64,000 nt of DNA from a virus: IMG/VR virus record IMGVR_UViG_3300044608_002890; one strand, written 5' to 3'. Below are positions 1 through 11,000 of the stretch, piece by piece. Under the pieces are notes generated by a model. It ran no database searches. It was not told where the DNA came from and was given only the letters and a program-made list of their open reading frames with translations. The position numbers and the translations under genes were made by a program. How positions within the stretch are numbered: position 1 is the stretch's first letter; the number at the start of each line of letters is the position of its first letter.

Positions 1-63
1 ACAGCTGCCATAGATTTCAGATCCAATGAATTAAGACCAAAATTTTCACGCAAGACGTTCTAA
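1..63 (+). CDS. 3' end of an upstream VrlC/DUF4815-like virion structural protein fragment (partial)
   Basis: Frame 1 reads TAAIDFRSNELRPKFSRKTF* (TAA at 61-63). This resembles the 'ID..nELRP' segment that precedes the 'GDiitLPY' segment in VrlC-like proteins, and that segment is found in the next ORF. Confidence 0.45.
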   Translation, partial: TAAIDFRSNELRPKFSRKTF

Positions 64-72
64 GGTCCAGAC

Positions 73-2751
73 ATGTTAAAAGAATTAGGTGTTGTTATTG
101 ATGAACCAAGGTCTCTGATCGATGTAAAATTGCGGAAGGCATATTACAGCCTCGTAGGCCGCGATGTAGATCTAGAGGGACTACAATACTGGGGTAACCT
201 CATTCAGACAGGTTCAATGACCTATGAGCAGGTTATAAATTTCATTGCCAATCCCACAAACTTCCCTTTGGTTGGACAGTATAGAGATCAGGGCAATGGC
301 AATCCGGTTCAAAATTTAATCAGGCGTGATAATGATGGCAATGTTGAATTTCTAGAAGCTGCATTCAATACACAGTTCGATAGGGCCAACCTAGGCTATC
401 AGGTTACGGGCGATATCATTAGTTTGCCATACAATCATGCAATCTATGTTCAAAATAAACTAGCCAGCAGCAACGTAAACATCAATCCCTATGGAATTGT
501 TAGTTTCATAGGTACGATGGTACTAACACCACCAGACAATAGCATACAACCCAAACCTACCAGTGTTCCTCAGGTACAGAATGACCCCAATGACAACTAT
601 ACTACAATTGTAAACAATTTCAAACAAGAAATCGCCAGTAAACAAGGCAAGGTTGTAACCGCAGACAGTGATTCGGGGTTTTATGGTAGTTATTACGGTG
701 AATGGGAACTTCTAGGACAGGGAACACAGGAACTTGATCCCACCGATAACAAATATAAACGTGTTGATACCTATGTAAAATATCGTTATGATTTTAGCAT
801 CAAACCACAGTACCAAACAGTAACCAAAGCAGGGCAGCGTCGCGATGTAGTCTATGATCAGAACATCAGACCCAAAATGAGCGACATAAGAATTAATTTT
901 TCTGCTCAGGGTATGAAACCCAGAACACGTCTCAATGCCTTCTTTGGTGATCGTAATGTAACCAGCGCCTGCATGGCTACTACTTATAGACCCGATGGCC
1001 AACCCATCATTAGCGATCAACTTGTCACAGACGAACGTGGTGAGATACGAGGTACCTTTACCTATAGCGAAAGTGATCTGAACTTCGACGCTGGTTTTTA
1101 CATCTTTGCACTTAGCGACAGTTCTAGAAATGACAATGATAGAAACACCTATGCTTCAGCAGTGTTTAATGGGTCAGGTTTAACTGGATATGCTGAAGAA
1201 ACATTCAGAACTCGCATGGGCGAATTAACAGTCAATAAAACCAGTACTGTTACTGTTTCTGATCCCAGAACTGTTGTAGTAGGTGAAGGTCCAGCAACAC
1301 CACCACCGGTTGTAGCTGGAACGCCAAAAACAGACCTTGATCTTCTTGAAGCGTTTTTCATCTATGGTTTTGGTCGCCGCCCAACGGCCGAAGAAAAAGC
1401 GCATCTCTATGATAAATGGCAAAGTTATGGTGTACATACCATGACTACCTGGAACAACATAGTCATGCAGAATCCTAGCAACGGTGCCAATACCAATGGC
1501 AACGAAATTTTTCGTGAATATGGATTTTTAAGAGTTGATCAAGTACTAAGCTACGTAGATAGGGCCATTTCGGTTGTACCCAATGGTACTGATAATGCTG
1601 ATTTACGAAGCAAGTATCTGGCTGCAGCTACGTATAACTATGGAAAATATGACTGGTACTATGAAAAAGACAAACCCATATTTCCGGCCACCATAAATTA
1701 CATGCAGTTTTTGAACCTAGATCCAACGCAGAGCCTAACACCGCCTTGGCTCACAGATCTAAGCTATGACTGTTTCAATGCCGAAGGTAAAAAAGTTTGG
1801 AATGCTTTGTTTAATTCTTTGGCTGATGTTTATACATTCATAGGTGGTTACAAAACTGCACAGGACTATGGAGGACAAATGGCATGGTATGCGCGTAGTT
1901 ATGGTTTCATAAACTATGATAACAATGGTGTGGTCAGCCTAGGTACACCAAAGATGCCCAAACAACAGATTTATGTTCGCGATACCAGCGACATATCCAA
2001 TTCACATGTTATAACCACCGTCTGGGACAGCACCATAACCGATGATTGCATGCAACCGCATCGAGTGGTAGTTGCTCCGGCAACTGGTGGTACTACGCAA
2101 AGCTCATCTGCATACATTAACATAACCATGTCAAGTGACGCGTTCGAAACTGCTTATAACATTTTTACATCCAATAAATCCACAGGTGCCCTTGCAGCTG
2201 GTAGCGGTGGATCTGGCACTGGACCAGGCTGGAACAAACCCAAGAATGAGTATCCCATAAATGAATTTTCTGGCGCTCCTGAAATGTGGCAACCACTTGC
2301 AACCTACGGCTCCTATACTGGCAACCTTATCATCCCCAATACTCCCTATGTGCTTCAATGCTTACATTATGGAAACCACACAACGCAGATAATTATTGCC
2401 GTAAACAATGGCCAAAACGGCAACACTTCACCAGTTCCCATTCGCATATCCTGTCTAGAGACTGGTACTTTTTATGACACCTGGATACCTCCAGTAAGTG
2501 GTAGTGGATACTGGGATGATGGTAGTTCGAATTCTAATTATGTAGATGTATACACACAATACAAGGGAACGGATCCATTGGGTATTAGCGCACTAGTAAA
2601 CCAATATAAACCAGTAAGTTTACAAATATCAGTTCGTGATGCCAATGAGGTTGTAACTGCTCCGCCAGCCAATGGTGGTTATGGTGGTGGAACTACGGGT
2701 GGTGCTGGTGCAGGCTCAGACAATAATGTGGTCAAAGAAATCCCACGATAA
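73..2751 (+). CDS. VrlC/DUF4815-like virion structural protein, middle part, with DUF4214-like helical inserts
   Basis: Contains VTGDIISLPYNH..QNKLASSNVNINPY..FIGTMVLTP and GMKPRTRLNAFF..LVTDERGEIRGTF. The N-terminal YYSLVGRDVDLEGLQYWGNLIQTG is DUF4214-like. Confidence 0.65.
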   Translation: MLKELGVVIDEPRSLIDVKLRKAYYSLVGRDVDLEGLQYWGNLIQTGSMTYEQVINFIANPTNFPLVGQYRDQGNGNPVQNLIRRDNDGNVEFLEAAFNTQFDRANLGYQVTGDIISLPYNHAIYVQNKLASSNVNINPYGIVSFIGTMVLTPPDNSIQPKPTSVPQVQNDPNDNYTTIVNNFKQEIASKQGKVVTADSDSGFYGSYYGEWELLGQGTQELDPTDNKYKRVDTYVKYRYDFSIKPQYQTVTKAGQRRDVVYDQNIRPKMSDIRINFSAQGMKPRTRLNAFFGDRNVTSACMATTYRPDGQPIISDQLVTDERGEIRGTFTYSESDLNFDAGFYIFALSDSSRNDNDRNTYASAVFNGSGLTGYAEETFRTRMGELTVNKTSTVTVSDPRTVVVGEGPATPPPVVAGTPKTDLDLLEAFFIYGFGRRPTAEEKAHLYDKWQSYGVHTMTTWNNIVMQNPSNGANTNGNEIFREYGFLRVDQVLSYVDRAISVVPNGTDNADLRSKYLAAATYNYGKYDWYYEKDKPIFPATINYMQFLNLDPTQSLTPPWLTDLSYDCFNAEGKKVWNALFNSLADVYTFIGGYKTAQDYGGQMAWYARSYGFINYDNNGVVSLGTPKMPKQQIYVRDTSDISNSHVITTVWDSTITDDCMQPHRVVVAPATGGTTQSSSAYINITMSSDAFETAYNIFTSNKSTGALAAGSGGSGTGPGWNKPKNEYPINEFSGAPEMWQPLATYGSYTGNLIIPNTPYVLQCLHYGNHTTQIIIAVNNGQNGNTSPVPIRISCLETGTFYDTWIPPVSGSGYWDDGSSNSNYVDVYTQYKGTDPLGISALVNQYKPVSLQISVRDANEVVTAPPANGGYGGGTTGGAGAGSDNNVVKEIPR

Positions 2752-2809
2752 TTTTGCCATTGAAAATGAAAGATAATTTGTTTAAAAAATATGCTAGAAA
2801 AGGTCACTA

Positions 2810-5116
2810 ATGTCTACCTATCAGTACGAATACGTTGATGCCTGCACTACCCAAGTCATGAGGGGAGTAGCCACCATATTGTTTTCTGCCTTTGTAGGGT
2901 CTAATTACAAAAGATCTGGAGAAAATAATCCTACGCTTGGTACTACATCACCAGCTGTTGGGGAACGTGGTTATGGTATTTTGCAAGACAATCCTCACTT
3001 GGGTGATGGTCAGGATTTCACACAAGTTACTACGAACTTTGTGGCTAAGAATCGTGGTGCAAATCCGATATTTTGGTACGTAGATAGTCGTAGTGCTTGG
3101 TACAATGGAATAAATCGTACGCATAATCCAGAATTCAAACTCTGCATGCCTGGCAGTAAGTATTCTGTGGCTGATCCCATAGCACAGAGTTTCTTTGTGG
3201 TAGGTCAAACCGTAATGTTGACCAAGATTGATGTGTATTTTAGAAACAAAGATACTACATTGCCTGTGCATCTTGACATTAGACGCAACATCAATGGCGT
3301 GCCTGGTCCAGAAGTTATTCCTTTTAGTAGCGTAGTGCTGTATCCTGAGTTGGTACTTACCAGTGAAGACGCCAGTCTGCCCACGACGTTTTATTTCAAT
3401 GGCATAGTACACCTCGAAGAAGGTGAATACAGCATAGTTCTGAGAAGCGACAGCATAAACTATGAAGCCTGGGTCAGTGTAGTCAATGAACTTGATGTCC
3501 AGCGTAAAGTAAAAATTAACACACAGTCTGTGCTTGGATCGTTGTACAAGAGCCAAAATTTGAGCACCTGGACACCTGACCAATTGGCTGACCTAAAATT
3601 CACGCTGTACCGAGCAGATTTTGATACTTCGGTCTATGGTTGGCCGGTGTTTACCATTCATCCCAATCATTTTGAGTCGCTTTTGCTTGAAGAAAATCCT
3701 CTGGAATTTCATCCAGGTAGCAACAACATTCGAGTATATGCTCCTGGTCATGGACTCAGGACCGGCGATAATGTCTACATAGATGCCAGGAGTTTTACTA
3801 CCAGCACCTTTGTTGACAATCTTGCTAGTGTATCTGGTTCATATATTGTGCGTGGATACACTGCCGATGATTTTGCCATCAGAGGTTTGGCCACAGGCAA
3901 TGCTTCGATCATCACCAAACCAACAAGAACCGGTGGTAAGAGCGTAAGCATAAGAAATTCCCATAATTTACTTTTTGACACTGTTTATGCTGAAGTTCCT
4001 TACTATGCTGCGGGCACCAAAGATGATTATTTGGGCCTGGGCATGGGCAAAGGTGCCTATAAGGTTCTTAATGCCAATACCAGAACCTTTGAATTTGGGC
4101 AGTTCACGTTGAACAAAGAATTAAACTTTGCTTCTACCATGGTCATGTTGAATCCTGCAGCCAATGGGCACATCAACGTACCACTGAATGCTCCGTATCC
4201 AACTGAGCAAAACTATGATACCTTTGCCTTGTATTTTCCCCTCATCACAGACAATAGATATGTAAGCCCTTTGTTGGACAAAGGAAAATTGAAAATCAAT
4301 CTAATTAAAAATCAGGTTGATTCTCAAGATGTTCTGACCAATAATTACATGGTTGAGGACCTGCCCTATGTTGTTGCCAACAGTTATACAACATCCATAA
4401 GCCTGGTTAATAATACCAATACACTGGGAAGAATTTTTACAACAAATGCTTCGGAAGCAGCTAATTTCATGGCACTTGTACCTGGAAATCACCTGGGTGT
4501 GGCCATGGGAGCAAATTTGCATGGTTATTATAGAGTATTAAGAACTGACACCAATGGTACCAATGCCAATATTTTCATATCTGCCATAGAAACACGTAAA
4601 ACTGCTACTGTTGGTAACCAAAATCTCATTTTAAATACTACAACCAATGCACTTAATGCTCCGTATGTTTCAAATGTTTATGCGTACTCGCCCAATATAC
4701 TAGTTGATAACAGTAGCATCTACATTATATACGGAAGAAGATATGTTGATGATCTAGCACCACGCAATAGTTCATCCAAAGCCAAATACATTACACGTGA
4801 AGTTAAATTTGCCAACCCCAGCACCAGTATTTTCCTCAAACTCGATGCCTGCATACCAGAAAAAACCAATCTAAGATTCTACTATAGAACCAAACTCACG
4901 TCGGATACCGAAGAATTAGCAGACAAGCATTTTGAAGAATTTCCTGTTGTAGTGTTACCAACCAGTAAAGACGGTGATGAATACTTTGAAATCGAAACAC
5001 AAATTGATAATTTACCACCGTTCCAAAGTCTGCAGGTCAAAGTTGTGTTCGAAGCCAAAACATATGCTGGTTTGCCACCCAAAGTAAAGAACCTTCGCAT
5101 CATAAGTTTAGCATGA
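2810..5116 (+). CDS. VrlC-like virion structural protein, C-terminal part
   Basis: Contains DPIAQSFFV..LTKIDVYFRNKD..LPVHLDIR..NGVPG, LYKSQNLSTWTPDQ..DLKFTLYRADF, and the C-terminal SSKAKYITREV..PPKVKNLRIISLA typical of this family. Confidence 0.7.
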   Translation: MSTYQYEYVDACTTQVMRGVATILFSAFVGSNYKRSGENNPTLGTTSPAVGERGYGILQDNPHLGDGQDFTQVTTNFVAKNRGANPIFWYVDSRSAWYNGINRTHNPEFKLCMPGSKYSVADPIAQSFFVVGQTVMLTKIDVYFRNKDTTLPVHLDIRRNINGVPGPEVIPFSSVVLYPELVLTSEDASLPTTFYFNGIVHLEEGEYSIVLRSDSINYEAWVSVVNELDVQRKVKINTQSVLGSLYKSQNLSTWTPDQLADLKFTLYRADFDTSVYGWPVFTIHPNHFESLLLEENPLEFHPGSNNIRVYAPGHGLRTGDNVYIDARSFTTSTFVDNLASVSGSYIVRGYTADDFAIRGLATGNASIITKPTRTGGKSVSIRNSHNLLFDTVYAEVPYYAAGTKDDYLGLGMGKGAYKVLNANTRTFEFGQFTLNKELNFASTMVMLNPAANGHINVPLNAPYPTEQNYDTFALYFPLITDNRYVSPLLDKGKLKINLIKNQVDSQDVLTNNYMVEDLPYVVANSYTTSISLVNNTNTLGRIFTTNASEAANFMALVPGNHLGVAMGANLHGYYRVLRTDTNGTNANIFISAIETRKTATVGNQNLILNTTTNALNAPYVSNVYAYSPNILVDNSSIYIIYGRRYVDDLAPRNSSSKAKYITREVKFANPSTSIFLKLDACIPEKTNLRFYYRTKLTSDTEELADKHFEEFPVVVLPTSKDGDEYFEIETQIDNLPPFQSLQVKVVFEAKTYAGLPPKVKNLRIISLA

Positions 5117-5337
5117 AATACAAAGTTGAAGACAGACCTGGTCTCGTTCGCGATTCCAGGTCCAAGGCCATTATTGTTGAAGATCAAGAAGCTCTGAATC
5201 GCTACCTCAAAGAACGAAGCTATAGATTACAGCTGGCATCCACTAATCAGGGACTGGAGGATCAGATAAATAACCTTAAGACCGAAGTAAACGAACTTAA
5301 GAATCTGGTCCAGCAACTGATTAGTCGAGATCGCTGA
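5113..5337 (+). CDS. small coiled-coil hypothetical protein
   Basis: ATGA overlap with the preceding stop. GLVRDSRSKAII followed by a heptad-rich C-terminus is the type of ORF that follows VrlC in T4-like phages. Confidence 0.7.
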   Translation: MKYKVEDRPGLVRDSRSKAIIVEDQEALNRYLKERSYRLQLASTNQGLEDQINNLKTEVNELKNLVQQLISRDR

Positions 5338-8045
5338 TGCCTGTAACCTACCTATATACCGAAAATACTCTTGCTCAATGGCGTACCTATACCAACATCA
5401 TAGGCGCCAACGTTGGTGATCTTGACCGGCTCTACTTGCCTTTTCCAGGTAATGTTGATCTAGTATCTGCCATCAATTCAATCTATAGCATTCTCATCAC
5501 TGTCAATGGTGTTGCCAATGCTACGGCAACAGATTTGGGTAATGTCAAAGGTCTTAATACCAATGCCAATACCAACATCATCATGGCCATCAATGAGCTG
5601 CATGGTAATATTGGTCCTCTGCCCAATCTTCGTACTTCGGCCAACACAAATTTAGTCTATGCCATAAACGAAATTTACGGCAATGTTGGTATTCTGGCCA
5701 ACCTTAAAACCAATGCCAATGCCAATGCAGTAGTTGCCATCAATGAGCTCTGGGGCAACGTTGGCCCACTGCCCAATCTCTACACTACTGCCAATGCCAA
5801 CATTGTCTATGCAGTCAATGAGCTCTATAGCAACATAGGCAATCTTCTTACTCTTAATACCACAAACAAAACAACTATTGTTGGATCTATCAATGACATT
5901 TTGTCCAATGTCATTGGCAATCTTTATACCCTAAACACCACAGTAAACACCAACATAGTTGCCGCCATCAATGATGTCATGGTTGGTGAGAATGATTTCG
6001 TTGTTGGTAATATTGATATACGTGGTGAATTCACTACCAGAGATTCCCTGCTAGAACTAGCATCCAACAATCTTCTCAATCCCGATGATGTCATAGACAT
6101 AGGATTTTTTGGCAAAACACCCGAAACATTCTATCTCTGGTCCGAAGAGTATGGCAATGTTTACATACGTGAAGGATACAGCGATGCACTAGGAAGAATC
6201 ATCCTAGAAGATGCTTCGGGCAATGTAATTTCCGAAGATTATTTGGGTGATGCCAATACCATTGTACGGCACGTAGGGTTGTTCAGAGACGCATCACAGT
6301 TTGACAATAGGTTTGTTTTCTTTGCCAATCTGCTAGCAGAGCCAGAAGCTAACATCATAGACACCAGCAACATCAGCTATGCTCTGGCCAATGTTGCTGC
6401 TGAATACTTCATAGGTAACCTCAGAGGCTGGGCTGATTGGGCTCGACAGATATGGGCCACGAATGTCATAGAAAATGGCAATACCACCTATGGTAATGTA
6501 TTTTTCCAGAATACTCGTTCCAGACAATCCATTGGCGTTACAGGGTTGGGCATTGATTATAATCCCATTTCTGGTATTTTCAGTCTAGACTTCACAGAAA
6601 TAGCCGCAGGCATTTTGGGTTTAGGTAATACCGATGGTTTACCCGAAGGCAATGCCAATCTTTATTACACCAATGCCAGAGCACAGGCCTTTGTTGGGGA
6701 ATGGTTGACCTTTGCTGATCCATTGAATTTTGACAGCGTCAATGGCATAGTAGATTTAAATTTTTTAGACACTGACAATGTACCTGAAGGCAATGTAAAC
6801 TTTTACTTTAGCAATGCTTTGGCTAGAAATGCCATTAGCAACGTTGGAAACATACTGCTCTATGATCCATTGACTGGTGAGCTTTCCATCAATACTGCCA
6901 TCATGGGCAATGTAGTAAGTGTCAATGCCAAAGACGGCGAAGTAACTCTCAATACCGATGAAGTGCCCGAAGGCCCTGCGGGCAATTTGTATTTTACTAC
7001 CAATAATTGGTTGGCCAGACTGGCCTTTGTATATACCAGCAACATTGCCGAAGATCCCAACAGCAATCTAGCCAATACCACCATTGGCAACGTATATTTC
7101 ACCAATGCTCGTGCCAGAGCCGCTGTTGGTAATGCTGGTCCAGAAATAAACTATGACCGAGCCAATGGTTTATTCAGTCTTAATGTGAATGCCATTTTGG
7201 CAGGTGTGAGTTCTGTGAACGGAGCCAATGGTAATGTCATACTTTATACCAGCAACATAGCCGAAAATCCCAACAGCAATCTAGCCAATACCACCATTGG
7301 CAATGTATACTTTACCAATGCCAGAGCACGACATGCTATATCGGTCATAGGTGCTGCTACATATACTTCGGCCAATGGTGAGATTTACGTTCCCGGGCCA
7401 TATGGTCTAGCCTATAAGCGTTTCATTTATACTTTAGGCACAGCTTCAAATGTCATAACCGGCCCTGACGACAACGGTCATACATTGCTGATCGACATGG
7501 CAGCAGCCACAGATGTATATGTCAATGGCATAAGAGCCATTTCTGGCATTGACTTTACCATCAACAATAGCCTTGCTTCCAGTAATGTTTTATTCAATAC
7601 AATATTACCCATTGGAACACGCATACTTACACAGGAAATTACAGGAAATCTTGCAGTAAGTCAGGGTTATGTTACTGAAACAAGAACTGATTATCTTGAA
7701 CCTTTGAATCTACCCACTGTACCGGCTAATGCCAATGTTTTTGTGGATTTGGCATATGGAGCGAATACTGTATTTTCTGTGAATGTAAATAGTTCAATGC
7801 AGTTCAATTTCATAAATCCACCGTTGACCACCAACAAAGCCTTTGTGTTTACTATATTTACTAGAATGAGTTCATACAACGACGGTAGTTATTCTTATAC
7901 CTGGCCGGCCAATGTACATTGGGATGATGATTCAACACCCCCGATAACTGCCATTCCGGATCGTACCGAAGCATATTCTTTTTGGACACTAGACAATGGC
8001 AATGTTTATTATGGTTATAAAAACCTAAGCGCAGCAAGAACGTGA
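5337..8045 (+). CDS. repeat-rich fibre / baseplate-associated structural protein
   Basis: About six ~25-aa GNxGxLxxLxTxANxNIVxAINEL repeats, then about five (E)GNxYFTNARA fibre repeats. The C-terminus (WPANVHW..AYSFWTLDNG) is tail-fibre-like. Confidence 0.7.
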   Translation: MPVTYLYTENTLAQWRTYTNIIGANVGDLDRLYLPFPGNVDLVSAINSIYSILITVNGVANATATDLGNVKGLNTNANTNIIMAINELHGNIGPLPNLRTSANTNLVYAINEIYGNVGILANLKTNANANAVVAINELWGNVGPLPNLYTTANANIVYAVNELYSNIGNLLTLNTTNKTTIVGSINDILSNVIGNLYTLNTTVNTNIVAAINDVMVGENDFVVGNIDIRGEFTTRDSLLELASNNLLNPDDVIDIGFFGKTPETFYLWSEEYGNVYIREGYSDALGRIILEDASGNVISEDYLGDANTIVRHVGLFRDASQFDNRFVFFANLLAEPEANIIDTSNISYALANVAAEYFIGNLRGWADWARQIWATNVIENGNTTYGNVFFQNTRSRQSIGVTGLGIDYNPISGIFSLDFTEIAAGILGLGNTDGLPEGNANLYYTNARAQAFVGEWLTFADPLNFDSVNGIVDLNFLDTDNVPEGNVNFYFSNALARNAISNVGNILLYDPLTGELSINTAIMGNVVSVNAKDGEVTLNTDEVPEGPAGNLYFTTNNWLARLAFVYTSNIAEDPNSNLANTTIGNVYFTNARARAAVGNAGPEINYDRANGLFSLNVNAILAGVSSVNGANGNVILYTSNIAENPNSNLANTTIGNVYFTNARARHAISVIGAATYTSANGEIYVPGPYGLAYKRFIYTLGTASNVITGPDDNGHTLLIDMAAATDVYVNGIRAISGIDFTINNSLASSNVLFNTILPIGTRILTQEITGNLAVSQGYVTETRTDYLEPLNLPTVPANANVFVDLAYGANTVFSVNVNSSMQFNFINPPLTTNKAFVFTIFTRMSSYNDGSYSYTWPANVHWDDDSTPPITAIPDRTEAYSFWTLDNGNVYYGYKNLSAART
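7054..7303 (+). repeat. 37-bp identical direct repeat (7054-7090 and 7267-7303) inside the fibre gene
   Basis: ATCCCAACAGCAATCTAGCCAATACCACCATTGGCAA occurs twice, within two longer near-identical repeat units. Confidence 0.85.
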
Positions 8046-8046
8046 C

Positions 8047-11000
8047 ATGGCAATCAGTCGTTCAAGAAAAAATAGGCCCATAGCTGAAGACGAGCGTTAC
8101 TTTCCGTATTTCCCTAGCGCATATCGAGCCTTCATTAAGAGCTTCCCCATGGAAGCTCGCATACATGTCCGCCAACCAACCTATGTTATCGACAAAGGAT
8201 TCTTGACCTTAGAAGACGACACTGGTTTATTTGTTCTTGAAAATGATGAAAAATATACCCTATTAAATCCCAGAAATGTAGGTGGTGACGATGCTACGGG
8301 CGATGGTTCCTATGAGAAGCCCTTTGCTAATATTACACCGGCTATCAACTATGTAGTTAACCAACAACTGAAACCACCCATGGGTCGTTGGGCCTTTGTA
8401 ATTTATCCTGGTGATTATGTTGAACGTGGTCAAGATGTCATTAGAAAAATTACCTATCCTGATTACAGGCTGGCACTTTTTACCGACACCTTCTATAATC
8501 CCATAACAAAGTTGCCTGCAGATAAACGGTATACCATCAATGGCCGATCAAAAAAAGACAACTATATAGGTCACTGGGCACTATACAACCAATCCTGGAC
8601 CTATGAATTTCACTACATAGGAGCTGGCGGCAACACCAGAGTACTTTATCAGAATTTCCCAGATTACTATGATCCTGTTACGGAAAAATATCGCAACAAT
8701 TATGCCGTAAACGGTTCGAGTAAACTAGGATATTTGGGTCTTTGGCCAACCATTTGGAATAGCCGAACCAAACCACCTACGGGTGGTTTTAATCTCCATG
8801 AAGGCAGCTATACCTTCAATGCCCCTGCTGATGGTTATTATAGAGTTCATTACTATGTTGAACATAGCTATACCAGCACAAGGTCCAACATAGCCAATGC
8901 TGTAACCAATCAAATGCTCATCAATGGAAATATCCATCCAGGCATGTATTGGGAAGAACGCTATAATCATTACTATATTGATTCTACCTGCACCAATCCA
9001 TCTGTTAATGTAGATCTTCATGAAAAAGGCAACATTATTCTGCATGGCATTAGCAACATTGTCACTGACAAGTATCTAAGTGGCACTGGCAGTTATTACA
9101 TCAATTCCGGCGGTGGCGCCATCATACCTTTTGAAGCCAACTCTGGTCTAGATTTAGGAACAAGCGATTTTACCATCGAAGGTCATTTTAATTTTGGCAG
9201 AGGAGGCAGAAGTGGCAGTCTCATAACCAATGGTGCTGGTTTATTGGGTAGACGTGCTTTCGAATTAACCTATTCTGGTAGCGTTTTTAATTTCAAAATT
9301 TATGACAAAAATTCAACAGCCAGAACCACATCATTAAGCAGCCGTACTGTTAATACCAATGTCTGGGTTCATGTTACAGTAATGCGCAAGCAAACCGAAG
9401 TATACATGTTTGTTGATGGTATTCAAATAGATCGTAAACCTACCCAGGTATCAAGTTACGTACGTAACGTGGGCTATGTTCCTAATGTCTTTACCTATGA
9501 TCTTGCCAATGGTCCGGGAAGTTTTTACATAGGCGGCCATCAATCTGGCAGTGTATTCAGCGATTTAAAATATAGCAAAGGTCCTAACGTCTGGATCGAT
9601 AGCGTTCGTGTAAGCAACATAGCAAGGTACGAACTACCCAACATAAATTCGCCAACGGTATTTTTTACAGCTGCCCCCGGTGATGCCAGTAATGCAATGA
9701 TTTTGAATTTATCCAACAACATCATTGATACTGGATATGACGAACGAGCCATGTTGGCCTATGGTGCAGTCTTACCTACCACATATTCACCCTTTGACGA
9801 ATCAACCAATGTCAATGCCAGCATACTATTCACACCAACTAATTGGCTGAGAATCCCTAATCACCCCGCATTCAATCTACCCAATGACTTTACCATAGAT
9901 TTTAGATTATTGCAGAGTGTTGGAAAGCAAGATTCTTTTTGTGTAATTTCCAAAAGTCATCCCAGCATAACCAGTAAAAAAAGCTTCAGCATCATTGCCA
10001 AGAGCACGGGTTGGGATCTAAAGTTTAGCCAGACTGGTACAACCTGGACAACGCGAAGTATCTCTACTGGTAGACCCTGGAACGATTGGAACAGTTACCG
10101 TTTAAGCAAGAATGGCGCCAACATAAGATTTTATGAAAATGGTATCCTACTGTACAGCAACATTCTGCCCTTTTCGAACATCTTTGCCAGTGATGCCAAC
10201 ATAACCCTGGGAAGCGAAGGCGACACATCAACTGCAACTTCTGCAGCAGTTCTTAACAACATAAGAATTGTTTCCAATGCCTATACCACGGTCAATGCCT
10301 ATGTTCCTCTGACAACTGATTATGGTTATGATTTTCTGGAGACAACTGCCAATGGAACGCCAGAATCAGATACCATTTTGTTGATGGGCCAACCTGGAAA
10401 TGTACTTACCGATGCCAGTTTATTTCAGCACAATGTTATTGCCAAGTATCTAAGCTCTACCAATACTGCCAACGGCAATGTATTTGGCATACCATTGAAT
10501 CCTTTTACTGACGTTGGTACAGGTACTAGTTACACCTGGGATTCAACCGACTTGCAGTACGTAAAGTTTGACCCCAGTTCAAGATTTAATATTCTACAAA
10601 ATGGCACATTTACCCTGGAGTTTTGGGTAAGAAATAACAATCCTCGCAAGGCCAATGTAGTTGACATCATTACCACAGGCATAAAAAATCTACCTTCGGT
10701 GAACGGCGATTTAACTCTTGCGCTAGAGGGCTCAAGCTTCAAAATTTACACTAAAAGGCCGTCAGTCAATACTAGAGACTATCCTGGTGTCATAAAAACC
10801 TGGAACTACCCAACAGGATTGTCCTGCGGGTCAGTTAGCAATCCAGCTACCTGGAACCATTTTGCCTGGGTGAGCGATGCTGGACGTTGGACTTTTTATA
10901 TCAATGGTTCCAATGTGGTCAGCAATGTTAATACTGGAATAAATCAGGTCCTGGCCACAACAGGCGATCCAATTAATTTTAACATATCCAATGGTTTGAT

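Noticed and set aside
55-75. Stop-codon reassignment or readthrough at the in-frame TAA (61-63)
   Set aside because: TAA, TAG and TGA all terminate clear core genes in this window, and the downstream ATG has its own AAGG RBS. A genuine split is simpler.
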